A DNA stretch of 64,000 nucleotides from Patescibacteria group bacterium. GTDB taxonomy: Bacteria > Patescibacteriota > Patescibacteriia > Patescibacteriales > UBA12465. The notes beneath the pieces were generated by a model. That model did not search any database. It was given only the letters and a program-made list of their open reading frames with translations, and was not told the origin of the DNA. The position numbers and the translations under genes were made by a program. Below, one piece after another: positions 8,197 through 17,057 of the stretch (positions are counted from its first letter, which is position 1; each line of letters opens with the position of its first letter). The stretch spans positions 8,986 to 72,985 of the forward strand of contig JBAZJV010000006.1 in NCBI GenBank assembly GCA_041651095.1, read 5' to 3'.

Positions 8197-8760
8197 ATGA
8201 ATAAGCCATCTTTTAAGCAGTTTTTCGGTCTTTTCCTGAAATGGGCGGCGGTTAATCTTATCTTTGTTGCCATAACTGTTATTTCGGCTGGCTGGTCTTC
8301 ATTGCACCATTTTTACTTTACTATCCCGTCCGCCGGCCTGATCTACTTGATTATCTACGGTTTCTGGCACAGCAATCGCAAAGGTTTAATTTTTTCTTTA
8401 ACCTTTGTTATCTCCGGCATGTTGGCAATGTTCATGGGTGGTATCGCCAGTCTGGAAATTTCGCATTACGTTATGGTTAATCAAGCTATCATTTTTAGCG
8501 CCGTATTAATGATTCATGGCTTTAATAAGGAAAAGCCGGTTCTGATAAGCGATGCGTTAATCATGATAGCTTTGGCCGCAATTTTTGGCGGTATCGGCTA
8601 CCTATACATTGCCGAAGATTTATTCGGCGCATTGCGTATCGTTACCATACTCGGTTATGGTTCCGCCCTGGCTTTTTTGATCTTAATCGGCGGTTTTACC
8701 TATTTATTAAAACCGTTGCTCCGCTTCATGTTTGGAATCAAAAAATCCGGCGCGGCCTAA
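8197..8760 (+). CDS. hypothetical multi-pass membrane protein
   Basis: ORF track starts at TTG 8185. ATG 8197 has GGGAG (8187-8191) 5 nt upstream. About 6 hydrophobic segments. The gene is A/T-richer than its neighbours. Confidence 0.55.
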   Translation: MNKPSFKQFFGLFLKWAAVNLIFVAITVISAGWSSLHHFYFTIPSAGLIYLIIYGFWHSNRKGLIFSLTFVISGMLAMFMGGIASLEISHYVMVNQAIIFSAVLMIHGFNKEKPVLISDALIMIALAAIFGGIGYLYIAEDLFGALRIVTILGYGSALAFLILIGGFTYLLKPLLRFMFGIKKSGAA

Positions 8761-8785
8761 TCTCGAAAGTTTCAAAAGACTTTCA

Positions 8786-8813
8786 AAAACCCTGACTTTA
8801 AGCCAGGGTTTTT
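8786..8813. terminator. bidirectional hairpin terminator
   Basis: AAAACCCTG...CAGGGTTTT stem with flanking A and T runs, between convergent genes (8760 end and clpB end 8819). Confidence 0.6.
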
Positions 8814-8818
8814 AAATT

Positions 8819-11458
8819 TCAACCGTTGACTTTCAGGACTAAGACTTCCTTTTCGCCTAAATCGATCCGGACCTTGTCGCCCTCCTTTATTTTGCCTTCG
8901 ATTATTTCGAGCGCCAGTTCGTCCAGGATCATGGTTTGGATGATGCGTTTCAAGGGGCGGGCGCCGTAAGTGATGTCATAACCTTTTTCAGCGAGCAGTT
9001 TTTTGATTTTTGGGTTGATCTTAACCAGGATATTCTTATTGCCCAGGCGTTTCTCGACTTTAAGCATCTCCAGGTCGACGATCTTTTCTAAGGCCAGCGG
9101 CGTCAGGCTTTGGAAGAGCACGATCTCGTCGATGCGGTTCAGAAATTCCAGCTTGAAATGGTTCTTGAGGATCTTGTCGATTTTTTCTTTCATCTCCGTG
9201 GTGCGCAGGCGGTTAGCCTGGACTTGGTCGCTGGCATCGCTGAAGCCGATGGAGTATTGCTTGATGATCTCGTTGCCCAAATTGGAAGTCATTATCACGA
9301 TGGTGTTCTTGAAATTGACGACGCGGCCTTTGGAATCGGTCAGGCGGCCGTCGTCTAAGATCTGCAGCAGCATATTGAACATGTCCGGATGCGCTTTTTC
9401 GATCTCATCGAAGAGCACGACGGAATAGGGATGGCGCCGGACGCGATCGGTCAGCTGGCCGCCTTCGTCATAGCCGACATAGCCGGGCGGCGAACCGATC
9501 AGCTTGGCCACGCTGTGCTTTTCCATATATTCGCTCATGTCCAGGCGGATCAGGGCTTTCTCGTCGTCAAAAATGAATTTGGCCAGAGCTTTCGCCAGCT
9601 CAGTCTTGCCGACGCCGGTCGGACCGACGAAGAGGAAGGAGCCGATGGGTTTCTTTTCTTCGTTGATGCCGGCGCGGCTGCGGCGCAAAGCATTGGCGAC
9701 CGCTTTTATCGCTTCGTCCTGGCCGACCACTTCCTGGCTGAGCGCGGTTTCGGCGCCGCTGAGCTTATGGATCTCGTCCTGCAGCATCCGGTTGACCGGA
9801 ATGCCGGTCCAGCGGGCCACGACCTTGGCGATGTCTTCCTCGTCGACTTCTTCTTTCAAGATCCGCTGGCCCTTCTTCTGGATCTTGATCAATTCTTCTT
9901 GGGATTTTTTGATCTTGCTTTCCAGTTCGGGAATCAGGCCGTACTTGATCTTGGCTACTTCGGTCAGGTCGGCGCCTTGGCGCTGGGCGATTTCCGCTTT
10001 TATTTTCAGGTCTTCGATCTCTTTTTTGGAATTGCGGATTTGGGAAATTATGGACTTTTCATTGTTCCAATGCAGTTCCAGCTGGTCCGCCTTTTCTTTC
10101 AGTTTGGCCAGTTCGGCGTTTAAGGCCCGCAACCGCGGGGAGCGCTTGGCCGCGGTCATGAGGCCGGCCTTGTTCAGTTCCAACTGGTTGATGCGGCGCT
10201 TTAATTGGTCCAGTTCGTCGGGCATGGAATCTATCTCCATGCGCAGGGAAGAAGTCGCTTCGTCAATCAGGTCGACGGCCTTGTCCGGCAGATAGCGGTC
10301 GCTGATGTAGCGGTTGGATAGCTTGGCCGCGGCGACCAGGGCATTATCGGTTATTCTCACGCCGTGGTGAACCTCATATTTTTCCTTGATGCCGCGCAGC
10401 ATGCTGATGGTATCGTCGACGTTCGGTTCGTTGACCAGGATCGGCTGGAAGCGGCGTTCCAGGGCCGCGTCCTTCTCGATGTATTTCTGGTATTCCTTGG
10501 TCGTGGTCGCGCCGATGGTCCGGAGTTCGCCGCGAGCGAGCGCCGGTTTGAGCATATTGGAGGCGTCCATGGAGCCTTCGGAAGCGCCGGCGCCGATGAG
10601 CGTGTGCAGTTCGTCAATAAACAGGATGATACGGCCGCTCTGCGACTTTACTTCCTTTAAGACCGCTTTCAGGCGGTCCTCAAATTCGCCGCGGAATTTG
10701 GCCCCGGCGACCAGCGCGCCGAGGTCCAGAGTAACGATTTCCTTGTTCTTCAGATTTTCCGGCACGTCGCCGGCGATGATGCGCTGGGCCAGACCTTCGA
10801 CGATCGCCGTCTTGCCGGTACCGGCTTCGCCGATGAGCACCGGATTATTCTTGGTCCGGCGCAAGAGGACCTGCATGATCCGGCGGATTTCCTGGTCCCG
10901 GCCGACGACCGGATCCAATTTTTCCTGGCGGGCCAGTTCGGTCAGGTTGGTCGTATATTTCTCCAGCACCTTATACTTATTTTCCGGGAACGGATCATTA
11001 ATCGTCTGGCTGCCGCGCAGCTCTTTCAAGATATTCTTGACCGCCTGGTATTCGACGCGAAAATTCAGGAGGACGCTCTGGGCGGGGGAGGGCACGCCGA
11101 TGAGCGCCAAGAGGATGTGCTCGGTGGAAATGAATTCATCATTCATGCCGTCCGCTTCCTTCTGGGCGCGTTCTAGGATCAAAGCGGTTTCCGCCGTGCC
11201 GGAAACAGCCTGCACCGGACCGACGCCGCGGCTGACTTTCACCCGCGGCAGTTTTTTGATCTCGTTAATGGTATACGCCTCCATGATTTCCGGATCGATT
11301 TTCATCTTTTCCAAAATCGGCTTGATCAGGCTCTCGTTCTGCTCCAAAAGCGCCAGGAGGATGTGCAGCGCTTCAATATTGGGCTGGCCGTAGGAAGCGG
11401 CCAGCATCTGCGAATTGATGATGGCTTCCTGCGATTTATCGGTAAATTTATTGAACAT
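8819..11458 (-). CDS. clpB: ATP-dependent chaperone ClpB
   Basis: 879 aa. Clp_N repeats. NBD1 has [15 protein letters not shown] and FIDELHTL, followed by a long coiled-coil middle domain. NBD2 has [15 protein letters not shown] and [11 protein letters not shown]. Confidence 0.95.
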   Translation of the reverse strand: MFNKFTDKSQEAIINSQMLAASYGQPNIEALHILLALLEQNESLIKPILEKMKIDPEIMEAYTINEIKKLPRVKVSRGVGPVQAVSGTAETALILERAQKEADGMNDEFISTEHILLALIGVPSPAQSVLLNFRVEYQAVKNILKELRGSQTINDPFPENKYKVLEKYTTNLTELARQEKLDPVVGRDQEIRRIMQVLLRRTKNNPVLIGEAGTGKTAIVEGLAQRIIAGDVPENLKNKEIVTLDLGALVAGAKFRGEFEDRLKAVLKEVKSQSGRIILFIDELHTLIGAGASEGSMDASNMLKPALARGELRTIGATTTKEYQKYIEKDAALERRFQPILVNEPNVDDTISMLRGIKEKYEVHHGVRITDNALVAAAKLSNRYISDRYLPDKAVDLIDEATSSLRMEIDSMPDELDQLKRRINQLELNKAGLMTAAKRSPRLRALNAELAKLKEKADQLELHWNNEKSIISQIRNSKKEIEDLKIKAEIAQRQGADLTEVAKIKYGLIPELESKIKKSQEELIKIQKKGQRILKEEVDEEDIAKVVARWTGIPVNRMLQDEIHKLSGAETALSQEVVGQDEAIKAVANALRRSRAGINEEKKPIGSFLFVGPTGVGKTELAKALAKFIFDDEKALIRLDMSEYMEKHSVAKLIGSPPGYVGYDEGGQLTDRVRRHPYSVVLFDEIEKAHPDMFNMLLQILDDGRLTDSKGRVVNFKNTIVIMTSNLGNEIIKQYSIGFSDASDQVQANRLRTTEMKEKIDKILKNHFKLEFLNRIDEIVLFQSLTPLALEKIVDLEMLKVEKRLGNKNILVKINPKIKKLLAEKGYDITYGARPLKRIIQTMILDELALEIIEGKIKEGDKVRIDLGEKEVLVLKVNG

Positions 11459-11487
11459 ATGGTTTGATGTTTAAAAGGAGAATTTTG

Positions 11488-11514
11488 TTAGCACTCTTAT
11501 TATTAGAGTGCTAA
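11488..11514. promoter_or_regulatory. CIRCE element (HrcA operator)
   Basis: TTAGCACTC-ttattatta-GAGTGCTAA is a perfect match to the consensus TTAGCACTC-N9-GAGTGCTAA. It lies 30 nt upstream of the clpB start. Confidence 0.85.
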
Positions 11515-11519
11515 TTTAT

Positions 11520-11548
11520 ATGATAATATAAGCCTTATCAGTTGTCAA
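11520..11548 (-). promoter_or_regulatory. clpB promoter candidate
   Basis: The minus strand reads TTGACA (11548-11543), 17-nt spacer, TATCAT (11525-11520). CIRCE begins 6 nt downstream of the -10. Confidence 0.5.
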
Positions 11549-11612
11549 TCAAGGAACGATTATGTTATTATATTAAAGTAAAAATATCTTTATTTTTAGC
11601 CGACTAAGCTCC

Positions 11613-11978
11613 ATGTTAAATCATAATTTCCTGACTTATAGCGTTCAGATTATTATCCAGATTTTAGGAGAAATCCTATATTTTCCGGTTTGGTGGTATA
11701 CGGTCGGTTTTGGGCGTTTGGTCAAAGGCGCTTGGCGCTTCTGGCGGAATCAGGAGCAGATCCTCGGTTTCAGCGTCTGGCTGAAGAATTTATTCGTGCC
11801 CATGTACGGCCAACGTGATTTTGCCGGCCGGCTCATCAGCTTTGTAATACGCCTGGTCCAGGTAATTTTTCGCGGCGTGATCTTATTAGCCTGGCTAGCT
11901 GCTCTATTAGTACTGTTCTTGTCGTGGTTGGCCTTGCCGCTCACTCTGCTGTTTATTACGGCTTGGCAGTTTAAATAA
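11613..11978 (+). CDS. hypothetical membrane protein
   Basis: 121 aa with W/F-rich hydrophobic segments. It ends 15 nt before the Clp-like gene, so co-transcription is likely. Confidence 0.5.
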   Translation: MLNHNFLTYSVQIIIQILGEILYFPVWWYTVGFGRLVKGAWRFWRNQEQILGFSVWLKNLFVPMYGQRDFAGRLISFVIRLVQVIFRGVILLAWLAALLVLFLSWLALPLTLLFITAWQFK

Positions 11979-11993
11979 GCATTACCGGTAAAT

Positions 11994-14675
11994 ATGGAGG
12001 AAGAAGTCATCACTTTCACCGAAGAACAGAACAGCGGCGGGCGCGGCGCCTGGTTTTCCGGCCGCTTCTTATTTTGGGGCGCGACTATTAAGCGTTCTCT
12101 TATTGCTTTAGCTCGGCTGCGGGGAAAGATCGACCGAGTGGCCGCCGTCTTGGCCTGGTTAGTGGTGTTCGCCGGCTGGCTGGCTTTCGGCGTCTGGTTG
12201 GCCAATAACAGCGCGATCTGGCTGAAACGGCCGCTCAGCCTGCTGTTTTTCTGGAAGGAATTTGATCCGCTGATTCTGATTTTTCTGCTGTCCTTATGGG
12301 TCGATATGTTCCTGTTCTACCACCATAGCCAGAATCGGGCGGCGGCTCGCAAGATCAATTATCGCTTGTTTAAGGCTGATGATAAGCGGCCGGCCCGCGG
12401 TTCCAAAAAATATAACGTCGCGCTGGCTTATAGCGCGGCGGCCCGGCGAGCGGTCGAAGACGCCTATGTGCTGGCCAATAAGCTGCGCCAGTCCGAGGTT
12501 CGCGTCATCCATCTGTTCCGCATCCTTTTGAAAGACAAAGAAATCCAAAGCCTGTTCATCCGCCTGAATGTCGATGCCAAGAGACTGGTGGAAACGGTCG
12601 ATCGCCATCTGGTCAAGCCCCAGGACGCGCCAACCCGGGGACACATCGGTCTGGCCCCCGTCTTGCAGGAGGCCTTAACCCTGGCTTTTATCGACGCTTA
12701 TCGCCTGAAACAGGACAGCGTCGATGCTTTGAACATCATCCTGTTCTGCTATGACCGGGACCCGCTCTTAGCCGAAGTGCTCTATGATCTGGAAATCGAT
12801 CAGGACAAGATCAAAAATACCGTCGCCTGGTTCCGCGTCAACCGGCGTTTGGCTGATAATTACCGCCGTTACCGCCGGCTGGCGATCCTGAAGCCCGGCA
12901 ATAACATGAACCGGTCCTATACGGCCATCGCGACGCCGACTTTGGATCACTTTTCTCATGATCTGACGGTCAGCGCCAAGTACGGCGGCCTGGAAATCTG
13001 CGTCGGCCGGGATAAAGAGATCAATACTATTTTTGAATCGTTCACCGGCGGCCATAACGGCGTGCTTCTGGTCGGTCCGGTCGGCGTCGGCCGGAGCGCG
13101 ATCGTCGAAGGCTTGGCGCAGCTCATGGTGGAAGAAAACGTGCCGGAATTTTTGAAAGACAAGCGCCTGGTGGAGCTTGACGTGCCGCGCCTGGTCGCCG
13201 GCGCTAACGCCAGCGAAGCGGAAGCCCGGCTGCTTAATGCTATCAGCGAAGTCAGCCGTTCCGGGAACATCATTTTATATCTGGACAATATTGAGAATAT
13301 CATCGGCATCAGCGCCGGCGCCCAGGAAAGCCTGGACTTGTCCGAAGTCTTGGCTGAGGCGATCAATCGCCGCCGCCTGTTCTGCCTCGGCTCGGCGACT
13401 ACGGAGAATTACGCCCGTTATGTGGAAAACAAGGCGCTCGGCAACGCTTTCACGACTATCGGCGTCAAAGAACCGGACGTCAACCAGACCATTCAAATCT
13501 TGGAGAGCAAGGTCGGTTTTCTGGAAGCGAAATATGATATTTACTTGCTTTATGGCGCCCTGGAACAATCAGTCCTGATGTCCGCCCGCTATCTGCATGA
13601 AAAGTGCTTGCCGCTTAAGGCGATCAATCTTCTGGAAAAGGCGGCTATGGCCGCCGCCAAGCGGGCCAAAAATAATCCGGCCGACTCCTTCTGCGGCCAG
13701 GCGGAAGTGGCCGCCGCGATCAGCGAGCTCACCGGCATCCCGGCCAGCAAGGTCACGGCTTCCGAAAGTCAGAAATTGCTCAATCTCGAAGCGGAGATCC
13801 ATCGGCGCCTGATTGATCAGGCGGAAGCGGTCAAGGCCGTGTCCGCCAGCCTGCGCCGCGCCCGCGCCGAATTAAAGGATAGCCAGCGGCCGATCGCCAG
13901 TTTCCTGTTCCTCGGCCCGACCGGCGTCGGCAAGACCGAACTGGCCAAAGCGGTCAGCGAAATCTATTTTGGCGACGAGGCTTATCTGATCCGGCTGGAC
14001 ATGAGCGAATATCAGACGACGGACAGCATTCCCAAGATGATCGGCGACGCGTCCGGCACGCTCGGTTATCTGACCGAAGCGGTCCGCAAGAAACCGTTCT
14101 CCCTGGTCCTGCTCGATGAAGTGGAAAAGGCGCATCCGGATATCCTAAACCTTTTCCTGCAGCTGCTGGACGACGGCCGGCTGACGGACGGACAGGGAAG
14201 AACCATCAGTTTCGCCGAATCCATCATTATCGCCACCTCCAATATCGGCGCCGTCTACATTCAGGAACAGATCCGGGCGAACACCGCCCTGGCTTTGATC
14301 CGGCAGGAATTGATTGATAACCAGCTGAACAAATACATGCGGCCGGAGCTCATCAACCGTTTCGACGGCGTTATCGTCTTCAAGCCGCTCAGCGAAGAAG
14401 ACATCTATGCCGTCGCCACCCTGATGCTCAAGAAGATCAAGAAGAACCTGGCGGCGAAGGGAATCGGCCTGAAGGCCGACAAGGACGGCGTCGCCGTCCT
14501 GGCCAAGGCCGGCTATGATCCGAAATTCGGCGCCCGGCCGATGCGCCGTCTGCTGCAGGAGCGGGTCGAAGATATCGTGGCCAACAAGATCCTGAGCGGC
14601 GATCTCAAGCGTCGGGATACGGTCATTATCAATACCCAAGCCGATATTGAGATCGAGAAAGCGCCTGAATTATAG
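11994..14675 (+). CDS. membrane-anchored Clp/Hsp100-family AAA+ ATPase with degenerate NBD1
   Basis: 893 aa. Two N-terminal hydrophobic helices, then Clp_N repeats. NBD1 has GPVGVGRSAIVEGLA (K to R) and LYLDNIEN (DE to DN). NBD2 is intact, with [13 protein letters not shown] and LLDEVEKAHPD. No ClpB-type middle domain. Confidence 0.85.
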   Translation: MEEEVITFTEEQNSGGRGAWFSGRFLFWGATIKRSLIALARLRGKIDRVAAVLAWLVVFAGWLAFGVWLANNSAIWLKRPLSLLFFWKEFDPLILIFLLSLWVDMFLFYHHSQNRAAARKINYRLFKADDKRPARGSKKYNVALAYSAAARRAVEDAYVLANKLRQSEVRVIHLFRILLKDKEIQSLFIRLNVDAKRLVETVDRHLVKPQDAPTRGHIGLAPVLQEALTLAFIDAYRLKQDSVDALNIILFCYDRDPLLAEVLYDLEIDQDKIKNTVAWFRVNRRLADNYRRYRRLAILKPGNNMNRSYTAIATPTLDHFSHDLTVSAKYGGLEICVGRDKEINTIFESFTGGHNGVLLVGPVGVGRSAIVEGLAQLMVEENVPEFLKDKRLVELDVPRLVAGANASEAEARLLNAISEVSRSGNIILYLDNIENIIGISAGAQESLDLSEVLAEAINRRRLFCLGSATTENYARYVENKALGNAFTTIGVKEPDVNQTIQILESKVGFLEAKYDIYLLYGALEQSVLMSARYLHEKCLPLKAINLLEKAAMAAAKRAKNNPADSFCGQAEVAAAISELTGIPASKVTASESQKLLNLEAEIHRRLIDQAEAVKAVSASLRRARAELKDSQRPIASFLFLGPTGVGKTELAKAVSEIYFGDEAYLIRLDMSEYQTTDSIPKMIGDASGTLGYLTEAVRKKPFSLVLLDEVEKAHPDILNLFLQLLDDGRLTDGQGRTISFAESIIIATSNIGAVYIQEQIRANTALALIRQELIDNQLNKYMRPELINRFDGVIVFKPLSEEDIYAVATLMLKKIKKNLAAKGIGLKADKDGVAVLAKAGYDPKFGARPMRRLLQERVEDIVANKILSGDLKRRDTVIINTQADIEIEKAPEL

Positions 14676-14699
14676 CGTTACAGCCCGACTCGTCAATTT

Positions 14700-15746
14700 A
14701 TGTTTTATTTTCTTATTTTTCTAGCGGCTTTCATTCTCTCGGCCGCCCTGACCTGGCTGGTCAGTCGGCTGGCGCTCCGTCTGGGAATCGTCGATCGACC
14801 GGATTCAGCCGATGCGCCCGGCCGCAAGATCCATAAGCGCTCGACGCCGCTCCTGGGCGGCTTGGCGATTTTTGGCGCTTATTTCAGCCTCTTGTTTATT
14901 TTTGCCGGCTATTTTCTGGCCGGCAATTTGCGCTGGTCGCACCTGGTCGGTTTTTTTCTGGGCGCGCTTATTATCGTTATCGGCGGCGGCCTGGATGATA
15001 AGTATGACTTGCCGCCGGCCCGGCAATTCGCCTTCCCGCTGCTGGCCGCCGCGGCCGTCATCGCCGGCGGCGTGGAAATCGCCAAACTGAGCAATCCCTT
15101 CGGCGGTTTTATTAATTTGAGCGCGCTCCCCTGGCTTTCGCCGGTTTTGATCCTCTTATGGCTTTTGGGCATGATGTATACGACCAAGCTCTTAGACGGC
15201 GTCGACGGGCTGGTGAGCGGCATCAGTGCCAGCGGCAGCTTCATTATTTTTTTATTTACCCTGACCACCCGCTATTATCAGCCGGACATCGCTTTCGCGG
15301 CCATCCTGTTGACCGGCGCGACCGTCGGCTTCCTGGTTTTTAATTGGCATCCGGCCAAGATTTTTTTGGGCGAGGGCGGTTCCTTGCTGCTCGGCTACAT
15401 CTTGGGCGTATTGGCGATAATTTCCGGCGGCAAGATCGCTATCGCTCTGCTCATCATGGGTATTCCCATAATGGATGTCGCCTGGACCATTATTCGCCGG
15501 CTGGCTGGCGGCCAGAATCCGTTCAAATTCGCCGACCGCCGCCACCTGCATCATCGCTTGCTGGCTCTGGGTTTGGGCCAGCGGGCGACGGTCCTGGTTT
15601 TCTGCGGCCTGGCCCTGCTTTTCGGTCTGGCCGGCCTTTTCCTGCAAAGCCGCGGCAAATTCTGGGCGCTGGTCGCGCTGGCCGGGCTGATGCTCCTGTG
15701 CGTTATTGGTTTCTGGTTCGCCGACCGCCGACATTCGCGCGTTTAA
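14700..15746 (+). CDS. glycosyltransferase family 4 (MraY/WecA-type polyprenyl-phosphate sugar-1-phosphate transferase)
   Basis: 348 aa with about 10 TM segments. Carries the motifs GGLDDKYDL, NLLDGVDGL and FLGEGGS. Confidence 0.8.
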   Translation: MFYFLIFLAAFILSAALTWLVSRLALRLGIVDRPDSADAPGRKIHKRSTPLLGGLAIFGAYFSLLFIFAGYFLAGNLRWSHLVGFFLGALIIVIGGGLDDKYDLPPARQFAFPLLAAAAVIAGGVEIAKLSNPFGGFINLSALPWLSPVLILLWLLGMMYTTKLLDGVDGLVSGISASGSFIIFLFTLTTRYYQPDIAFAAILLTGATVGFLVFNWHPAKIFLGEGGSLLLGYILGVLAIISGGKIAIALLIMGIPIMDVAWTIIRRLAGGQNPFKFADRRHLHHRLLALGLGQRATVLVFCGLALLFGLAGLFLQSRGKFWALVALAGLMLLCVIGFWFADRRHSRV

Positions 15747-15753
15747 TCGACTT

Positions 15754-16317
15754 ATGAAAAAACTACTGTTCCATATCTGTTGCGCGCCCTGCGCTACCTA
15801 TGTCAGCCGGGAACGCCTGGCGCCGCGCTATGAGCTGACTTGGTATTTTTATAATCCCAATCTGCTGTCGGCGGAAGAGTATGAACGCCGCCTGGACGCT
15901 GTCCGGCAAATGGCTGACCAGTTTTCCTGGCCGCTCATTATTGAGCCCTATGACCATGCGCCGTGGCAGGCCTTCGCCGACTGCCGGGCCGCGGATCCGG
16001 AGCGAGGCCTGCGCTGCCGGCTCTGTTATGCTGATCGGCTGGCGAGAACCGCCCGCCTGGCCCGGGAAAAAGGTTTTGACTTGTTCGGTACGAGCCTGGC
16101 GGTCAGTCCGTATAAGGATACGGCCGCCATTCTGAGCCTGGGACAGTCCTTGGCCGCCGCCGGCGGTCCGGCCTGGCTGGCCGAAGACCTGCAATCTGAC
16201 AATGCTTTCCGTAATAGCCAGGCTTTAGCCAGGGAACTGGGTTTATATCGCCAGAAATTTTGCGGCTGCGAATATTCTCTAAATCCTCAAACATGCGTTA
16301 TTCCCTCTGCCGTTTAA
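15754..16317 (+). CDS. queH: epoxyqueuosine reductase QueH (DUF208 family)
   Basis: Carries LLFHICCAPCATY, CRLCYADRL and FCGCEYS cysteine motifs. ATG 15754 is chosen because the ORF-track start at 15706 overlaps the upstream gene. Confidence 0.75.
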   Translation: MKKLLFHICCAPCATYVSRERLAPRYELTWYFYNPNLLSAEEYERRLDAVRQMADQFSWPLIIEPYDHAPWQAFADCRAADPERGLRCRLCYADRLARTARLAREKGFDLFGTSLAVSPYKDTAAILSLGQSLAAAGGPAWLAEDLQSDNAFRNSQALARELGLYRQKFCGCEYSLNPQTCVIPSAV

Positions 16318-17006
16318 ACATAATCGGTCGCAGCTTAGCCGTTATCTTAATTTTGACGGCGTTTTTATTCGTCCGGCCGGCTTTGACCAGGGCGGACGAT
16401 CAGCCGGATTCCGATCAGGACGGTTATCCGGATGCCCAGGAAATTAAGCATGGCTATTCGCCGTTCAACCCGGATCAGGTCAAGATTACCGAGAGCGATG
16501 CCGACACTGACGGGTTGAACGATTATTGGGAGTTGCAATTCAAGACCGATCCGTATAATCCGGATACGGACGGCGACGGTTATCCGGACGGCACGGAAGT
16601 GGATGCCGCCTATGATCCAAATGGCGCTGCCGCCAAATTGCCGGTCGGTCTCGAGATCAACCGGAAACAGCAGCAGCTGACTTATCTGGTCGGCGGCCAG
16701 GCTTGGAAAAAGTTTGCGGTTTCGACCGGCAAGGCCAGCATGCCCACCCCGGCCGGAACTTTCCAGGTGGTCAATAAGGTGCCTAAAGCCTGGTCCCGGG
16801 CCTATGGCCTCTGGATGCCTTATTGGCTGGGCTTGGATCGCGGCCAATTCGGCATCCACGAATTGCCGGTCTGGCCCAACGGTTATCGGGAGGGCGCCGA
16901 TCATCTGGGCAAAGCCGTTTCGCACGGCTGCATCCGCCTGGGTGTCGGCCCGGCCGAATATTTGTATGACCGGGTCGCGACCGGCACGCGCGTCGTTATA
17001 AAATAG
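16293..17006 (+). CDS. L,D-transpeptidase (YkuD domain) with thrombospondin type-3-like Ca-binding repeats
   Basis: Signal/TM segment, then DxDxDG repeats (DSDQDGYPD, DADTDGLND, DTDGDGYPD). The catalytic motif HGCIRL sits near the C-terminus. Confidence 0.8.
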   Translation: MRYSLCRLNIIGRSLAVILILTAFLFVRPALTRADDQPDSDQDGYPDAQEIKHGYSPFNPDQVKITESDADTDGLNDYWELQFKTDPYNPDTDGDGYPDGTEVDAAYDPNGAAAKLPVGLEINRKQQQLTYLVGGQAWKKFAVSTGKASMPTPAGTFQVVNKVPKAWSRAYGLWMPYWLGLDRGQFGIHELPVWPNGYREGADHLGKAVSHGCIRLGVGPAEYLYDRVATGTRVVIK

Positions 17007-17057
17007 CGGAATTTATGATATAATCATCGTAGCTGAATTAACGCTCAATTTTTGTCT

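Noticed and set aside
9389-11393. Long antisense or alternate-frame ORFs inside G+C-rich genes. Examples are 9389..10123, 9504..10295 and 10386..11393 in clpB, 17106..18416 in the beta-propeller gene, 60919..61632 and 62704..63207 in the RND pump, and 53867..54469 in the copper fusion gene.
   Set aside because: They lie entirely within genes whose products have strong, recognisable motifs. Their translations are Arg/Ala/Gly/Pro-rich low-complexity strings, typical of shadow ORFs in G+C-rich coding DNA.
11474-11514. An AAAGGAG SD-like sequence followed by a tiny TTG-started ORF running through CIRCE on the plus strand.
   Set aside because: The 9-codon ORF is formed by the CIRCE palindrome itself, and the SD-like string is the complement of the clpB leader. 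It is most likely coincidental.
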